A stretch of 64,000 nt of DNA from assembly GCA_038087875.1 (NCBI GenBank), contig CM075977.1:248124001-248188000 (forward strand), read 5' to 3'. Shown here piece after piece: positions 61,743-64,000 of the stretch (its first letter is position 1; each line of letters begins with the position of its first letter). The position numbers were made by a program, and so were the translations under genes. The stretch is from Malacoraja senta. Its lineage: Eukaryota. Under the pieces are notes generated by a model. That model saw only the letters and a list, made by a program, of their open reading frames with translations, ran no database searches and had not been told where the DNA came from.

Positions 61743-63909
61743 TATCCTAAATTTGAATGAAATGCTCAAAGACACAATGGCACTATTAGACATGATTTGA
61801 AAGCTATTTCATACCAAGCCAATCATTCAAAGCTTCATTTTGGTAATTTAAAATATTTTTTAGTGCTTAAATCAGGTTACTTACAGATGAAGGATTAGCA
61901 TTAATTAAAAATCCTTTATTTTCCACGCTAAACCCATTTTCAATTGTACTAATGAAACTGCATTATGTCAATCTGATTATATACATCAAGAATCACTTCA
62001 CAACAAAATAGTGAAAAATGTTTGCCACAGGAAGATTTCAGCGAAGATTTTATGTATCAGATTATGCAAATAAACTTTTAGCCGAAACTGTATTTTAAAT
62101 GCCTGACATAATTCTGAGAATGCTTTCAATATAATTTTCCAACGGTGCCCCAAGCAAAATCTCTATCCTTCATGCTTATAGCCAGAAGGACTTCATTTTT
62201 ATTAAAATGCTAAATATAACTCCCAGAAATTTGGAATTCGCACGAAAGAGCAAGTAATGACACAGTGTTTAAAAATGATTACTATGCAACAGATAAGAAT
62301 ACAAAAGTTAATAATAGACCAACTTAGTACACCCTAAATTATCAAATGATAAAAGCACTTCCTGGCGTGGAAATAAATCCTGTTATAGAGTAAGGCTCCA
62401 AATCTGATCCCTAACTGATGAGAGCCTATTTCTATAATTTACGTTCCAGGGTTGGAACAGTGCAAATCAGCACTGTCAGGACTGCAGGGTTAAAAATTGA
62501 GGGGAAATATGTTTATCTACTTCATTGCCCACTAGTGTAGCATCACAAAGCCAACCTAAAAGGTTGACGAACAAACAGATCTTTAAATGGGACAAGCTCT
62601 GCCAGAGATTAATTCAGTGTGAAAAATGGACCAAATGAATGTCAAACATTGTTGACTCTTCAAATTGCATAATAAAATATCAGCTCTTTGTCTATTAATG
62701 GTCAAGAGTCATGGAATATTCCCTTGAGGCACAAGAAGCAGCTTGGCAGCTTCATAGAGTTTCATTTCTTTGAACCTTGAACAAAGCACCAGACTGCACA
62801 ACAAAGGACAGCAAACTGGAAATAAGACAGACAATAAAAGAAATTTAATTTAGAGGAAACAAGCACATTATGTATCTATTCCATAAGGTCTCATTCATGT
62901 TTTTGAACAAAATGAGAGGAGTAATAATCCACTTAAAAGAGATGATAAAATGAGAAGGAAATAAACTGACCTATTTAACCATCAAAAAGCTGAATACATG
63001 CAATCATGTGTAATTACAGCAGTTTCCAATAAAACCAGACATCATTACAACTTTCAAAAATCTTAATTCATGAAGTTCCTTTTCACCATCTGATCGGACC
63101 TTCCCAAATGTACTGTACTCTTTTTGGCCTTTCAGAGATACAGATTATTTATGGTGCAATGTTCAGCTTAAGTTGAGTAAACTAAAATACAGCCTTTTCG
63201 AGAGTTAGATTTGATGTGAAGGATAAGTGCCTTGTAATCTGATTCCTTACCATTTGTTTTATGTGCACAAATCGCATAAAGATTTACTTAACCCAGAGTA
63301 GATCATACAGATGATCATTGGGTGAAATCAAGTCCATCAGAAAACTTGGTCAGGCACTTCCATATGCTTGGTGTCTTTCCAACAACTGATGTGTTCTCAA
63401 TGAAGTCACTACTTATCCAAAGTCCATTTCCACGCATATTGCTGTAAATTGGAGCTTCAAGATACAAAGATCATCATGGTGCAGTCTCCATAGAAAACAG
63501 TGCCACGGTGCATTTAGCTACTGACACATAACTATATCAGTGCCTCAGTTTCGATACCACTAGCAAGGTGGTGTTATAGTGGTCATGTCCAGCTACTACT
63601 TGGGTTACTTGGGATCCTTGGGCTGGAGGTGAAAACACGCCCATAAGTGATGACCCTGTGTCCAACGTCTTCAGCAATACCACATCTTACTTGGATCTTC
63701 TTGATGAACAATGAACATTTAGGCAAGGGTTTTCCAAGGCTGCTGGCACTGATATAGCTGATATTCTACTGCAAGATCTTTAGTCTTAGTTTTGTGCTTG
63801 GACTGCTCTCTTTGTGAAGGTGAAGATCATAATGGCTCTCATCTCTCTTGCTGCAAGATCTTTAAAAGAGTCCAGAGGAAAGGTTACCCCGACTTTAATT
63901 TTATAAATT

Positions 63910-64000
63910 ACTTGACTAAGTGGGACCCATCGGGTCCCAGCATCACATGGCAGGGCTGGTCCCCCAACGCAATATTCCACCTCTCCACCAATTCCAATAT
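63910..64000 (-). mobile_element. Terminus of a Helitron-like element running off the window
   Basis: Perfect hairpin gggaccc-atc-gggtccc (63922-63938) 7 nt from a CAAG|T (CTAG-like) end; the motif resembles 31682-31696. Confidence 0.45.

Noticed and set aside
62415-62445. ctgatgag as a hammerhead core
   Set aside because: No downstream helix II and GAAA.

Overview
Eukaryotic, repeat-rich vertebrate DNA. The repeat set (HER1-like CR1 LINEs, HE1-type SINEs, Penelope pLTR pieces, Rex1, RTE, L1, Tc1) points to a cartilaginous fish, probably a skate or ray (inference). I recognise no host protein-coding exon; every long ORF is transposon-derived and nearly all are disrupted. The remaining unique, AT-rich blocks look like gene-desert or intronic regulatory DNA, and there is a 200-N gap at 13913-14112. 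Main observations: (1) about 12 short Penelope-derived units headed by a minimal hammerhead-ribozyme core, several flanked by target-site duplications (TSDs) and starting almost exactly at the CUGA of the core; (2) a young 5'-truncated L1 flanked by a 784-bp near-perfect direct duplication; (3) a full-length RTE with a 13-bp TSD and a structured 5' head; (4) a teleost-like tRNA SINE and an IR/DR Tc1 as horizontal-transfer candidates; (5) candidate ancient conserved repeats (a MER121-like block, and a palindromic hairpin beside a CTCF-like site); (6) an inverted CR1 pair sharing unusual variants. Family names come from recalled motifs, not database searches, and boundaries of decayed elements are approximate.
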